In this document: one piece after another, positions 26,395 to 39,071 of the stretch | How the letters are laid out: the number at the start of each line of letters is the position of its first letter | Position numbering within the stretch: the first letter of the stretch is position 1 | From: Octopus sinensis | Lineage: Eukaryota | Reading direction: 5' to 3' | Length of the DNA: 64,000 nucleotides | Assembly (NCBI RefSeq): GCF_006345805.1 | Contig: NC_042997.1 | Coordinates: 138,446,001 to 138,510,000, forward strand | Made by a program: the position numbers and the translations under genes | Notes under the pieces: generated by a model | What the model was told of the DNA's origin: nothing | Database searches by the model: none | Seen by the model: only the letters and a program-made list of their open reading frames with translations

Positions 26395-27013
26395 AGAAAA
26401 AATATTCCGAGTCAAATTGCAATAGCAGGAAATGTCACTAGTTTATATTAGCAACAAAGATGAAAAACAGAAGAAATAAATATGCAGACAAAGGAATATA
26501 ATTGTCAATAAAATTTGTCAACTTAGACAAATTAAATTAAGATTTAATATGTGGGCCAGAGCTAAGAGCACAGTAGGAGTTTCTACACAGTCGACATTCT
26601 TTGTCTGTGAATTACACAATAGCCAGTATTCCTTCATGCACACAAACAGTACAAGATGTATATTATACTTCCTTAGGTTAAAGTTACCTTTTAGAAGAGA
26701 AATTAGCTGCAGTTGACTCACTGAAGTTCCTCAACTGCAGAAGGTATAGAACAGATAAATTTCTTAATCTTTACTATCGTCTCCATCCACTTCACAACTA
26801 AGATACTCTGGGATGGCCTTAGCTATGATGGTTAAAAAATACTGGAGAACCATGACACATTTTACATGAGCAGTTTGTGTAGCATTTGTTATTCTTTTTC
26901 TTTTTCTCTTCTTATAGGTCACTATCTAAATATGCACCCCTTCTGATTTATCGAATTTAACCTTGCAAGCCTTTAAAAATAATTGGAAATTTTACAAGGT
27001 TTCTGATACTGCT

Positions 27014-27233
27014 CAATCCTATAGTGTTTAAACTGGCCATATCCAGTCCCAATATTCTATCCGTTTTATGTTCATCACACCTGCCCTACAAAGTCATTCC
27101 AGGTTAAAAAAAAAAAAAAAAAGAATCACATCTTTGAAATTTTGAAGCTATAAGATAATGCATCATTAATTCAAAACAATATGAAGAAATAAGCATTACA
27201 TTTGACAGAGAAATCTGAATGCTAAAGGTTTAA
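27014..27233 (-). mobile_element. MITE family P1 copy
   Basis: gtttaaactggccatatcc...tttgacagagaaatctgaatgctaaaggtttaa (reverse orientation). Confidence 0.7.
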
Positions 27234-28103
27234 AGCAGTGGTTCTCGGTGCTTTTTGTTGCTTAGTATCTAATCCCTTTTCACAGCAAATGGTGTTTTAA
27301 AATCACCTCCTTTGCATGTTTTGACTCCACCCCTCTAAGAAAAAAGAAAAAAAAAAGGGGGGGGGGATTTCGAGTTATTATCCATATTTCCTTATACTAC
27401 CTAATCTAGAACATTACCTTTTTTCAGATTAGTGATTTACCCTGGTTAAAATTTTTCTGGTAATTAATAAAGAAAGTTAGGATTAATAATAAAATTACAT
27501 TGGAACTTAGCACATCATCACACAATGTCCGACACATATTTTAATTGCAACAAAGGTGCATCAAAAATGCATTTGAGACGTAAATATAGTAATTGGTTTC
27601 ACTATTTCATTTCAAACAAAAACCACAAACTCTAAAAGTCACAACACCTAATGCTCTCTCTAGACGTTTGTTTCACCTCTTGTAAGCTCACAAAGATATA
27701 CAAAAGGGGCATGACCATCTAAGTCAAGAATTACTATCCCATAAAAATAGATTATGCCACCCTGTGATACCTATTTACAATCAGCTTAATTAAGACACAG
27801 AGATTTTAAAATTTGATGGCTATAGATACAGCACATTGCAGCTGACAGGATACTAATTGCCAGTACTGAAGTTGCTAAGTCTAACAGTCCATCTGCAACA
27901 CCATACAGTATAACATAATAGGTACTGATGGACACAGGGACTATTGGGTGTTTCAATAATCAGGTGAGGCTGAGAAAAACTAGTCACGAATAAAAGAATG
28001 TTAAAGAGTGGATCAAGAACTGGAAGTTATCTCCTCCTGTTTCCTCACTATAATTAACTGAACAGAAACGTGAGCCTCATTAACTGTTCTCACTTAAGTA
28101 TGG

Positions 28104-28139
<36 letters not shown>

Positions 28140-28204
28140 GAAAAACCCTTAAAAAAATTTAAAAAACACCTCCAGCATAATTCTTTTACATCAAACTAAT
28201 ATAT

Positions 28205-28610
28205 AGGCGCAACAGTGGCTGTGTGGTAAGTAGCTTGCTAACCAACCACATGGTTCCGGGTTCAGTCCTACTGCGTGGCATCTTGGGCAAGTGTCTTCTA
28301 CTATAGCCCCGGTCCGACCAATGCCTTGTGAGTGGATTTGGTAGACGGAAACTGAAAGAAGCCTGTCGTATATGTATGTGTGTGTGTGTATTTGCGTGTC
28401 TGTGTTTGCCCCCCTAGCATTGCTTGACAACCGATGCTGGTGTGTTTACGTCCCCGTCACTTAGCGGTTCGGCAAAAGAGACCGATAGAATAAGTAGTGG
28501 GCTTACAAAGAATAAGTCCTGGGGTCTATTTTCTCGACTAAAGGCGGTGCTCCAGCATGGCTGCAGTCAAATGACTGAAACAAGTAAAAAAAAAAAAAAA
28601 AAAAAAAAAA
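28205..28610 (+). mobile_element. SINE family A, young copy with poly(A) tail
   Basis: aggcgcaacagtggctgtgtggtaag...gactgaaacaagt(A)n. Roughly 95% identical by eye to 26006-26394. Confidence 0.9.
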
Positions 28611-29974
28611 TACATATATATATATATATAAGTATAAATGAGAATATATTCGTTATTTATTTGTTCATTTTTACATCCAGCTTTACATGATACCATGGAT
28701 TAAAAGAATACATATTGAGGCATTACTTTACTACCAAGGTATCTTTTCTGTCATTGTCCTCGACATATTTTTCAAGTAATGGTCTTTTTTTTTTTTTTAT
28801 TCCATTCATTTTCAATAGGCACAGCACTATGAGGCAATTTATGAGCAAGTAATGTCAACAGAAGACACTATTTTTTTTCATTGGTAGAATATAGACATTC
28901 ATTCATGCAGTCATAAACACACATAAAGCTTCTATGCAGTTACCACCTGCCAATTTCACTCTCAAGGCATGAGCTGGCCCAAAGCTGAAGTAGAAGTCAC
29001 TAGCATAAAGTGTCATGCAGTGAGATAAAACTCAAGATTCAATGGCAACAAAGTAAACTTTGTATCCACCCATCCATGTCATCATCATCATCATCATCAT
29101 CATTTTAAGGTCCACTTTTCCATGCTTGCATGGGTTGGATGCCCTTCCTGTTACTAACCCATACCTGTTTCCAAGTCAGGTAATTTTCCCCTATGATCAG
29201 TTATGTTTCTGCTGAACAGTGGAAATGAATGATATTCAATCACATTACATGATGTTACGACACAAACACAGCGTGTTTTAGCCTTCATCCACTTTAAGTA
29301 AAAGATACTTTCCCTAAGGTACCACACAGTGAGACTGAACTTGAAACTAAGTGGGTGGGAAGCAAACTTCTTAACCACACAGCCATACCTGCTCCAATAT
29401 ATACTGATGGAAATACATACATGTACCTACATGAATACATACAAATACATGTATACATATGAAGTTATACATAAACATGCATTTGTAAAGGTACATACAT
29501 GTGCAAATGTATGCATAAATATATTATGTACAGGTAGTACACATGCAAATATACAAACATACATAAAGTTATAAACATGTGTACACGAATTCATACATAA
29601 TATAAAAATGCAAAAAAATGCATGTCACTTATATTATGGCATTTGAACCTCAAGGGTATGCCCCGGCACTTGCCATTATCTATAACTCTGTCTTCCTTTA
29701 CACAACCATCTCATTTATACTCTGATCCCTGTTCCTTGTGAGTATGCCTGGGATTTTGCCACCATCTCCATCCTGTGGTCGCTCACTCTTTCTCCTGCAC
29801 ATCCCACAGGTTGGGCAACCATGTATTTTCTTTGCAGTAGCACACCTGTTTTCATCCCTGATCTTTCTCTCACTGGCCAGGTAACTTTGTATTTCTTCAG
29901 CAACACTTCCTCCAATCCCTTCTACCCTCTTAAAAGTTTTTGTCTTTCAAGTACTTGGTGACTCTGTCAGTGCA

Positions 29975-30200
29975 GGTACCACCTAAAAGCACCCAGTTCA
30001 CACTGTAAAGTGGTTGATGTTCGGAAGGGCATCCAGCTGTAAAAACCTTGCCGAAACTGACCTCACCTGTGCTTGTGCCACATAAAAAGCACTAAGTCCA
30101 CTCTGCTGCACAGAAGTCTGGTGCAGGCTTTGGCCTGGCCGCCTCTTGTGGTACTGTCCCACCCATGCCAGCATGGAAGATGGACATTAAATGATGATGA
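29975..30200 (+). mobile_element. SINE-like family B copy
   Basis: aaagcacccag...gtggttgatgttcggaagggcatccagctg...cccatgccagcatggaagatggacattaaatgatgatgat. Confidence 0.7.
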
Positions 30201-30769
30201 TGTATTCATATTGAGCTATACATCAACATACATAGAATTATCTATGTATGTGTACATGAAAACATATAAATATATGTATGCATATGAACTGAAGTATATC
30301 AATAGTGAATCTGCTAAGGTGTTAGCGAAACGGACAAATTTTCAGGATTCTAGACGGGGGAAAAATTTAGGAATTGCAATGTGAAAATTTGATTTTAGGT
30401 AGAAAAACACTTTCTCATTATTCACACTGTTTTTGAGAGAGTATTTTCCTTAACGTTGATTTTAAAAGATACTAAAACTGAATTTATATCAAGCTGTTAA
30501 TGTTATGTAATGTAATAAATTGTACTGAATCCAGTGAAAAGTGGTGGTGGATGGAGGTATCAGGATGGTAACTAGGGAAAAATACAGGAAGGGAAAACGA
30601 GGGGGAAAAAAAAAATTAAGAAATGCACAGATCCGTATTACATATAATTTACTGTTGATAAAACAGTTACCAGGTTTCCAGATTCTCATTGTTAATGGAA
30701 GTTGCAGATTAGATCACAGGTAGGTGTTACTAAGGTTACCAGCTGACAGAATGAAAAAAAATAATAATG

Positions 30770-30781
30770 TGCATATAATAT

Positions 30782-30834
<53 letters not shown>

Positions 30835-31103
30835 TATATTTATATATATATAAATATATATAGGTGTGTGTGTAAAAGGGTCACTAATAGAACTATAGAA
30901 TGTAGGTAAGAGAGAGTTCCAGCTGGCTTGTGTAAAATTATAAGAACTTCTGTGAATCAGAAACAGCAGTTCTAACTCATAACAACACACACATATATGC
31001 GTGTGTGTGTGTGTGTGTATGTATATATGTACATATATGCGTGTGTGTGTGTGTGTATGTATATATGTACATATATGCGTGTGTGTGTGTGTGTATGTAT
31101 ATA

Positions 31104-31141
<38 letters not shown>

Positions 31142-31270
31142 CCTATATATGTATATGTGTGTGTATATATATATAATGTATACATGTATCTATATATGTA
31201 AATGTATGTGTGTGTGTATATATATACACATACATACACACATAGATTATATGTATACATATTACATATA
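30770..31270. repeat. (TA)n and compound (TG)n/(TA)n microsatellites, including a ~40-bp higher-order unit x3
   Basis: atatatgcgtgtgtgtgtgtgtgtatgtatatatgtac repeated at ~30994-31110. Confidence 0.9.
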
Positions 31271-31271
31271 T

Positions 31272-31915
31272 TTCCTCTTTGCAATGGTCTTTTCAGTCTC
31301 GTGTCTGGTCCCAGCATGGCATTGCAAAGCAAACAAAGATTGCTGTGTACTGTGCTTGTGTACTGACATCACTCCTTTATTCATGTGAGACATGGACCCT
31401 TTACAAACGTCATGTAAGGGTCCTTGAATGCTTTCATCAGACTGTTGGCAGTACCTTAAAAACTCCAGACACACAGGTCCTGAAGACAGCTGATACCAGG
31501 ATCTCTAAGCAGATGCTATATGGGAAACCTGTGAATGAAAAGAGACCCGGGCAGAAACCAAGACTGCGATTTAAGGACTGTGTCAAGTCCTCATTAAAGG
31601 CCTGTGATATGCAGGAGACTGACTGGGAGAGCAATGCTTGTCATTGACACAGATGGAGGAAGCAGGTTAAGGAGGGAGTCAACACTTTTAAGAGAGCATG
31701 TAATCTGTATGAAGAACTTAGCGTGCTGCTCAAAAGCACATTGCTGGTGTAGAGAATGGGGAAAGCTTGGTTTGCAATGTTTGCAGCTGGGTATGCTTGT
31801 CAAGAGCAGTGCTCATTAGCCACCAATGGAGCTGCAAAATATAAGTTAGTCCTACAGCGCACAATGTTTCTGAAGGTCAGCAATAGTCTTCCTCAGTCAT
31901 GAGAGGATGGCCATC
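31272..31915 (+). mobile_element. RTE-clade LINE 3' fragment with internal deletions
   Basis: TKIAVYCACVLTSLLYSCETWTLY...KQMLYG...KPRLRFKDCVKSSLK...WESNAC, followed by a C-terminal CNVCSWVCLSRAVLISHQWSC zinc-finger-like motif typical of RTE ORFs. Confidence 0.85.
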
Positions 31916-31929
31916 ATATATATGTGTGC

Positions 31930-31960
<31 letters not shown>

Positions 31961-32478
31961 ATATATATATATATATAATGTGTGTGTGTGTGTGTGTATG
32001 TGTGTATATATATATGTATATAAGTAAATAAATGGAGTTGAACGGGGATGTTATTAAAATTCTTTTACTTTCCACATATGTTTCAAAGACAACATTGGTT
32101 TAATTCCAAAGGAATAACCGGTGTAAAATGCAATCTTCTCATCAGGAAAGAAAGAGAGCCTCTCTCAACAACAAGACATTATAACAATTACGATGACTGT
32201 CTAAATGATAAACAGTACGTTATTAAGTATTTAAAAAAAAACGTTAGTAGATTTGACGTCACAGGCAGATACTAGATAGAGAAGGGTTAAAGAAATAAGT
32301 AGAGAACAAATAAAGAGGAATACATTGGTTGAAAAAGTGTTCAAAGGCTTAGAAGTAGATTTCTCTATTGAAGTAAAGTGCAATTTAAACCCTGGTAACG
32401 TTTATTGAATTTTTCATGTTAACGGTAAACAAAGGATAATTCATTCAGCAATTTATTTATTAATTCTTATATATATAT

Positions 32479-32885
32479 CATCATCATCATCATCGTTTAA
32501 CGTCCGTTCTCCATGCTAGCATGGGTTGGACGGTTCGACCGGGGATATGGGAAGCCAGAAGGCTGCACCAGGCTCCGGTCTTATCTGGCAACGTTTCTAC
32601 AGCTGGATGCCCTTCCTAACGTCAACCACTCCGTGAGTGTAGTGGGTGCTTTTTACGTGCCACCTGCACTGGTGCCAGGCGAGGCTGGCATCGGCCACGG
32701 TTGGATTGGTGCATTTTATGGAAGCCAGTCGAGGCGGCACTGGCTTTGGCTACGATTCGGATGGTGCTTTTTACGTGCCACCGGCACGGAAGCCAGTCGA
32801 GGCGGCGCTGGCATCGGCCACAATTCGGATGGTGCATTTTATGGAAGCCAGTCGAGGCGGCACTGGCTTCGGCTACGATTCGGAT
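32479..32885 (-). mobile_element. SINE-like family B, young copy with GC-rich tandem units
   Basis: catcatcatcgtttaacgtccgttctcc..., with the ggaagccagtcgaggcggcactggc unit repeated three times. Confidence 0.85.
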
Positions 32886-32904
32886 TATATATATATATAT
32901 ATAT

Positions 32905-32948
<44 letters not shown>

Positions 32949-33472
32949 GTGTGTGTGTGTGCGTGTATATATATATATATGTATTATATATATATATATG
33001 TATATATGTATGTGTATATATATATATATGTATGTATATATATATATGTATGTTTATATATATGTATTATGTATGTATGTATATATGTATGTATGTATAT
33101 ATGTATGTATGTATATATATATATGTATGTATATATATATGTATGTATGTATATATGTATGTATATATGTATGTATATATGTATGTATGTATATATGTAT
33201 GTATGTATATATGTATGTATGTATGTATATATGTATGTATGTTATATATGTATGTATGTATATATATTTTAACTTTTTACTTGTTTCAGTCATTTGACTG
33301 CGGCCATGCTGGAGCACCGCCTTTAGTTGAGCAACTCGACCCCGGAACTTATTCTTTGTAAGCCCAGTAGTTATTCTATCGGTCTGTTTTGCCGAACCGC
33401 TAAGTGACGGGGACATAAACACACAAGCATCGGTTGTCAAGCAATGCTAGGGGGACAAACACAGACACACAA

Positions 33473-33526
<54 letters not shown>

Positions 33527-33685
33527 CGGGCTTCTTTCAGCTTCCGTCTACCAAATCCACTCACAAGGCTTTGGTCGGCCTGAGGCTATAGTAGAAGACA
33601 ATTGCCCAAGATGCCACGCAGTGGGACTGAACCCGAACCATGTGGTTGGTAAGCAAGCTACTTACCACACAGCCACTCCTGCGCC

Positions 33686-33724
<39 letters not shown>

Positions 33725-33725
33725 G

Positions 33726-33767
<42 letters not shown>

Positions 33768-34083
33768 GTATATATATGTATATATATGTATGTATATATA
33801 TATGTATGTATATATATATATATGTATGTATATATATATGTATGTATATATATATGTATGTATGTATATATATATATGTATGTATATATATATAATGTAT
33901 GTATATATATATATGTATATATGTATATTATATATATATATGTATGTATATATATATGTATATATGTATGTATATTATATATATATATGTATGTATATAT
34001 ATATGTATATATGTATGTATGTATATATATATGTATGTATGTATATATATATATTATATATATATATATATATGTATGTATAC

Positions 34084-34114
<31 letters not shown>

Positions 34115-34180
34115 AAATATATATATATATATAAAATATATATACATATATAAAAATATATATATATATATATAAAATAT

Positions 34181-34211
<31 letters not shown>

Positions 34212-34282
34212 AATATAAAATATATATAAAATATCATCATCATCGTTTAACGTCCGTTCTCCATGCTAGCATGGATTGGACG

Positions 34283-34320
<38 letters not shown>
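32886..34320. repeat. Large (TA)n/(TATG)n microsatellite field enclosing a SINE A
   Basis: Direct reading. Source of the long I/Y/C/V/M pseudo-ORFs in the track. Confidence 0.95.
33274..33686 (-). mobile_element. SINE family A, young copy embedded in (TA)n
   Basis: Full-length reverse copy ending cagccactcctgcgcct. Confidence 0.9.
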
Positions 34321-34324
<4 letters not shown>

Positions 34325-35114
34325 TATATGTATTTGAGCAGGCATTCCTACTCAATACTCATAACATAGCTGAATGCCTGTCATTTTCCCATCAGACACC
34401 ATGGAGTCATGAAATTACTCCTCAAACATTGTAAAATATATAAACAAAACAAAATAAAATAAAATAAAATAAAATATAAACAAAAAAATAAATAAAAGAA
34501 ACAATTGAGAAACAATTCTGTATCAAAATCTGAAAAGTAATTGCAGCCAATTTCTGACTGATACATGGTAAGATTTTGTGAGACTTGTTACTTTAATATA
34601 GCATACTATTACGCAATAGTAATTAGTACAAAAGGTTGTAGTCTAGACTTTTAATTATTGCTACCACTAAGTGTTGACTGGGAATGCTTTTAATTGGCTT
34701 CAGTTTTCATCAAAACTAATTACAACCGATGGTCAAGTGATAGAAGTTAGCCAATGATACAATCTTGATATTAAACTACCGTTCTTCATGGTCTGAGTGG
34801 TTTCCACTGACTTACTATATGAGTCAACACTTCAGCAGACGTCTAGATATATCTGAATCACTTCAACTTGACAATTCTAGCAGGTTGGGGAGGAAAAAAA
34901 AAAAAAGAAAGGATAAATAAATAAAAATCAACAAATAAATCTTAGAAATTCCATTTATTTAAAACACTACAAATTTATCAAGAAAAAAAAATTTTTTTTT
35001 AATGTCTAGACATTCAATTAGGGTAATGCTGGCATTTGTTGAAGAACATTATTAGTTTCAATTAGGATACAGAGTGACCATTGTCAAGAGGAATTATATA
35101 TATGTATATATACA

Positions 35115-35181
<67 letters not shown>

Positions 35182-35240
35182 ATATATACGCACATACATA
35201 TATACATATGTACACACATGTACACTCACACACACACACA

Positions 35241-35885
35241 CGAGGGTTCAAAGTTCATAGGCTGACAATGAAGGAATGATGCTTGAGTTATGAAATCTTG
35301 CACGCATCAATTTCAACCTGTCTTATTAATAACTACATTGTTTCTTTCCAGGTAAACTGACACCCGATCCTTCAAAGAAGACATCAAAAGTAATTAGTAG
35401 CGACTTCTCTTAAAAATGGACAAAATTTGGCATCCTGGTGTTATCAAGTATCTATTGGAAAAGAGTTTAGCTCCCAAGGACAACACTGCAAAATTGGGCA
35501 GCTGAATTCAGGATGGGAAGGTGCAGTCTTGAAGATGACCCCAAGGTTTGGACATCCTGCAACTGTCATCACTAAGGAAAACATTGTTTTCACTACATAA
35601 TGATGGACGACAATCAAACAGCCAATGCTAGTAACTTATCCCGCAAGACAGTTGAGAATATTCTGTCAATGAACTTGGCATGATGAAGGTTCCTGCTTGG
35701 CAGGTGCCACATTTTCTGACACCTGATTGACTACATCAAAGGAAAATCTGACATTGTTTCAGGCAGATCCTGCTGGTTTCCTTGAATGTTTCCTAACTCA
35801 AGATGAGTGTAGGTTCATCATTTTTAGCCAGAGACAAAGAGACAATCCATGAAGTGGAACCCAATGAATTCCAGATCCAAAAGAA
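35241..35885 (+). mobile_element. Mariner transposase relic (5' TIR plus N-terminal half, frameshifted)
   Basis: Starts cgagggttcaaagttcataggctg. ATG at 35416. Fragments WAAEFRMGRCSLEDDP, ELGMMKVPAWQVPHFLTPD (WVPR-type motif) and FLTQDECxxHHFxPETKRQSMKW (first catalytic D). Contains stops and indels; no 3' TIR seen. Confidence 0.85.
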
Positions 35886-36141
35886 GAAAAAAACTAATCA
35901 TAGGACACTTTAATATTCCACATATATGGCTTATCAAATGGAGGAAACTGCAAAGTTGTATTCTAGAAAACATAAAACTCCATTGTAACATCAGTTAGAC
36001 ATGTTGTTGTTTATCCCTGACTGAGCAGGTGTCACTTAAAACTATTCTATTAGTGACCATTCCATTTGACTTCTGAAGTACAGTGAACCCAGGACCACAT
36101 GACCCAAAGTGTTCTTCTTTGTAAAAGTGGCAGGATGTGAT

Positions 36142-36349
36142 TTAACCCTTTTGATACCAATCTGCCTGAGACTGCCCTTAGTTTCCATAATACAAACTTC
36201 CCATTTTGAAGTTGATCTAAATAAAAACCCTCCGTCAAAATTTCACATTAATTTATGTCTCAACTATTAACTTAACAATGATTTCATTATTTTCAAAATT
36301 AATTTAAAGACAGTGTATTTCAGTGGAAATATGGCAATGAAAGAGTTAA
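36142..36349 (+). mobile_element. TTAA-flanked MITE, family P2
   Basis: ttaacccttttgatacc...ggcaatgaaagagttaa. A reverse-complement relative lies at 37347-37555. Confidence 0.65.
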
Positions 36350-37014
36350 GAAAGGTTTGATTGCTATTAACAATCCCACTGGTCACAGCTGCACTGTGAA
36401 GGTCATGTGCACTTCTCCTCCTCCTCATAAAGCAAAACAACAAAGGTGTGCAATAGTAGACTTTACACAGCTTTGCCAGCAGCGGTTGGATGTGAAATAG
36501 GTTAACCCATATAACAGTTAGAATAACAAACAAGTTAACAGTCATAGTGTTTCTATTAGTGTTGTTATTTAACCCCCCAGGATAATCCTAATCTAACAAA
36601 TCTATGATCAAAGGCATTTCAACCTCGATTGTCCTGTCATTTTCCTATGTGCAAGGGAATTCAGGGTCATCTTGACCCTTTTTTAAGACAGTAAGCAATC
36701 GTTTGAGAGCGATTTGATTGTTATTTCTAGCAGGTTAACAGATCACATAGAAACTCACTTGTTACTGACTTGTTATACGGAGATAGTCAACTCACAAAAA
36801 GTCATGTTTGTTATACAACTTTGACTCTCATTTGAAATATTTCATGTAATTTGCGCCTCATGTTTCTTCTGGTTAGACAGCTGGAATCTCTCAGTTAAAA
36901 TGTCTTTTAATACATTATTTAGTTGTTGTTTTGCTCCAAGTCAGAACCAATAATTGTGTTCCAGATACCGTGACCATACCATCTTTTGGACACTTAGGAC
37001 TGCATTATCTAATG

Positions 37015-37346
37015 CAGTGATTCTCAACGGGAATGGGGGTCCATATAAGATTTGGGAGGCTCCATGCAACAAATTGGTAAATTGCCCACAATAATATTTT
37101 AAGGGCCCATGAAAAAATTTTTGTTTTAGATATGTATTGGTATGTATTGCAAGAAACAGCTAGATTTCTTTCTCCAACATTTTAAATAGTCCAGCTTTCA
37201 CAAGTTAATGTGTGAAAAACAAAATAGGAATTTTGAAAGAAGTTTCTAAAAAATTAGTTTTTAAACATCAAATAGCTATGGGGTCTACCAGAATAGAATA
37301 GTAATCAAAGGGGTCCATAGATAAAAAGAATAGTTGAGAACCCCTG
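37015..37346. mobile_element. hAT-type MITE
   Basis: TIRs cagtgattctcaac / gttgagaacccctg. Body is the reverse complement of 48862-49183. No TSD found. Confidence 0.75.
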
Positions 37347-37555
37347 TTTCTGTTGAAACATACTGCCTTTTTTCACTTAATTTTGAAAATAATGAAGAAT
37401 TCAGTAAAATAACTTTGTCGTTATTAAGCTGGTATTTGGGAAATAATTTAACACAAAATTTTAATGGAAGGTTTTAATTTGGATCACTTCAAAACATGAA
37501 CCTTATAGCATAGAACCAAGGATGGTCTCAGGTAAGTTAGAATCACAAGGGTTAA
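37347..37555 (-). mobile_element. MITE family P2 copy
   Basis: Ends ...aatcacaagggttaa. Body is complementary to 36142-36349. Confidence 0.55.
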
Positions 37556-37947
37556 GACATTGAGGTGGTGTTTAAGGGTGATCTGATTATTTCTAGCAGA
37601 TCAAAATGACCAGGTATTAGCTCCCATGTTAGCTTACATTCCTAATGAAGAGGGCAAAAGTAGAATAGGACAACAGACTTTTGGCACCATAGCAATAATA
37701 CTTATTTCCTCTATTTTTCTGCAGCAGCTGGTGTTTTTAACAGACCTAACTAGTGATCAAATTTATATATTTTCAGCACTTGTTGATTAACCTTTGGTTA
37801 AGCTCACATTAGCACTGATTGATCTAATCTGTGAGGAAAGGCAATCAAACCATGACCATCTGGAGATGCTAGGTGAGCACTGCATTTCCACCAAAGATGG
37901 TAAATACGTCATTAAGTATTAAGATCACTTAATAATATAAGCGCAGT

Positions 37948-38197
37948 AAAGTGGTTGGCATTTAGAAGGTCATCCAGCTGTAAAAACCATGCCAAAACTG
38001 ACCTTGCCTGTGCAGGTGCCACATAAAAAGTACTCAGTCCACTCTGCAGAGTGGTTGGTGTTAGGAAGGGCATCCAGCCATAAAAACCCTGTCAAAACAA
38101 ACACAGTAGTCTGGTGTAGTCTTCAACCTGGCTGGCTCCTGTCAAACTATCCAACCTATGCCTGCATGGAAGACAAATGTTAAACGATGATGATGAT
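37948..38197 (+). mobile_element. SINE-like family B copy with duplicated core
   Basis: gtggttggcatttagaaggtcatccagc and gtggttggtgttaggaagggcatccagc in tandem. Ends ttaaacgatgatgatgat. Confidence 0.7.
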
Positions 38198-38272
38198 CTT
38201 AATGAGGAAACTCATCTTTTCTGTTCCCTGAAATATCAAGGTAGCAGTTCTGAAATTGTTATGGATGTGACT

Positions 38273-38446
38273 TTAGCCCTTTAGTGTTTAAACCAGCCAT
38301 ATCTGACCCAAATATTTTACTTGTTTTATGTTAAAACCAGCTAGATCTGGTCTCTCACACCTATCTTACAATGCTTGATTAATTTAAAACAATGTCAATG
38401 AATAGGCATTACATTTGACAGAGTAATCTGAATGTTAAAGAGTATA
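38273..38446 (-). mobile_element. MITE family P1 copy
   Basis: ttagccctttagtgtttaaacc...tttgacagagtaatctgaatgttaaag. Confidence 0.65.
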
Positions 38447-39071
38447 AACTGCATCTGGTAATGAGGCCCTCGTTCAGGAGTTTCAGGGTTTTGAGGGGTG
38501 TGGAATCACCTATTAGCTACTACTGTTCTCAGGTTCACTTTGACCCAGAGCAGAAGCAGATGTCAGGATCTGAGCCAAGGTATGTTGGAATGATGGGATG
38601 CAGCACAGTGGATGTGAGTTATTTCAGTAAATAAACTTATTGGATTAATGGCGAATATTACTAGATGCTGACTAGATGAACAGACAATAAACTATCCATG
38701 GCCAGGATCAACCAGTTCAGTTGGCGAACTATTGCTGTTATTTGTAGTGGTGGCAGTGGTGTGCACAGATGAGATATTTCAGCTAATGCAAGACTAATGT
38801 GACTAAAACTAAGACCAGGCATTCATGCTGCATTGCTCATTCAGGACACCTGGTGAGGAAAAGTTACATTGGCCCAGGTAAGTCAATCAACAGTATGATG
38901 ATTATGTTAGGCGATAGTACAGTACACCTTACAGCTTGTTGTACTGTGACATAATACTTGACCAATGATGGATTAACTAGATGGAGAAAAGATTAAGGCT
39001 CACAGGTAAGTGAATTTACACCAGCACACATATTTTGTTCTCATAGCGAGATGGTGTATTATTCTTTTTAT

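Noticed and set aside
27785-27955. Hydrophobic 56-codon minus frame (...GLLDLATSVLAISILSAAMCC...) behind a possible acceptor
   Set aside because: Short, no homology recognised, and AT-rich DNA often translates as hydrophobic.
32640-32885. GC-rich repeat array resembling CRISPR
   Set aside because: Eukaryotic context, no unique spacers, and the units are internal to SINE-like family B.
30736-34243. Long ORFs of 120-280 aa rich in I/Y/C/V/M/H/T (also 60381-60999)
   Set aside because: They are translations of (TA)n, (TG)n and (TATG)n microsatellites and adjoining SINEs.
34234-34283. 50-bp near-duplicate of 32483-32533 suggesting a segmental duplication
   Set aside because: More simply a 5'-truncated young SINE B copy or an assembly echo within microsatellite. 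The flanks do not match.
34816-34876. 61-nt exon candidate with polypyrimidine tract and gtaagt donor
   Set aside because: Stops in all three frames, and the tract is just a poly(A) run on the plus strand. Likewise the 72-nt candidate near 30670-30745.
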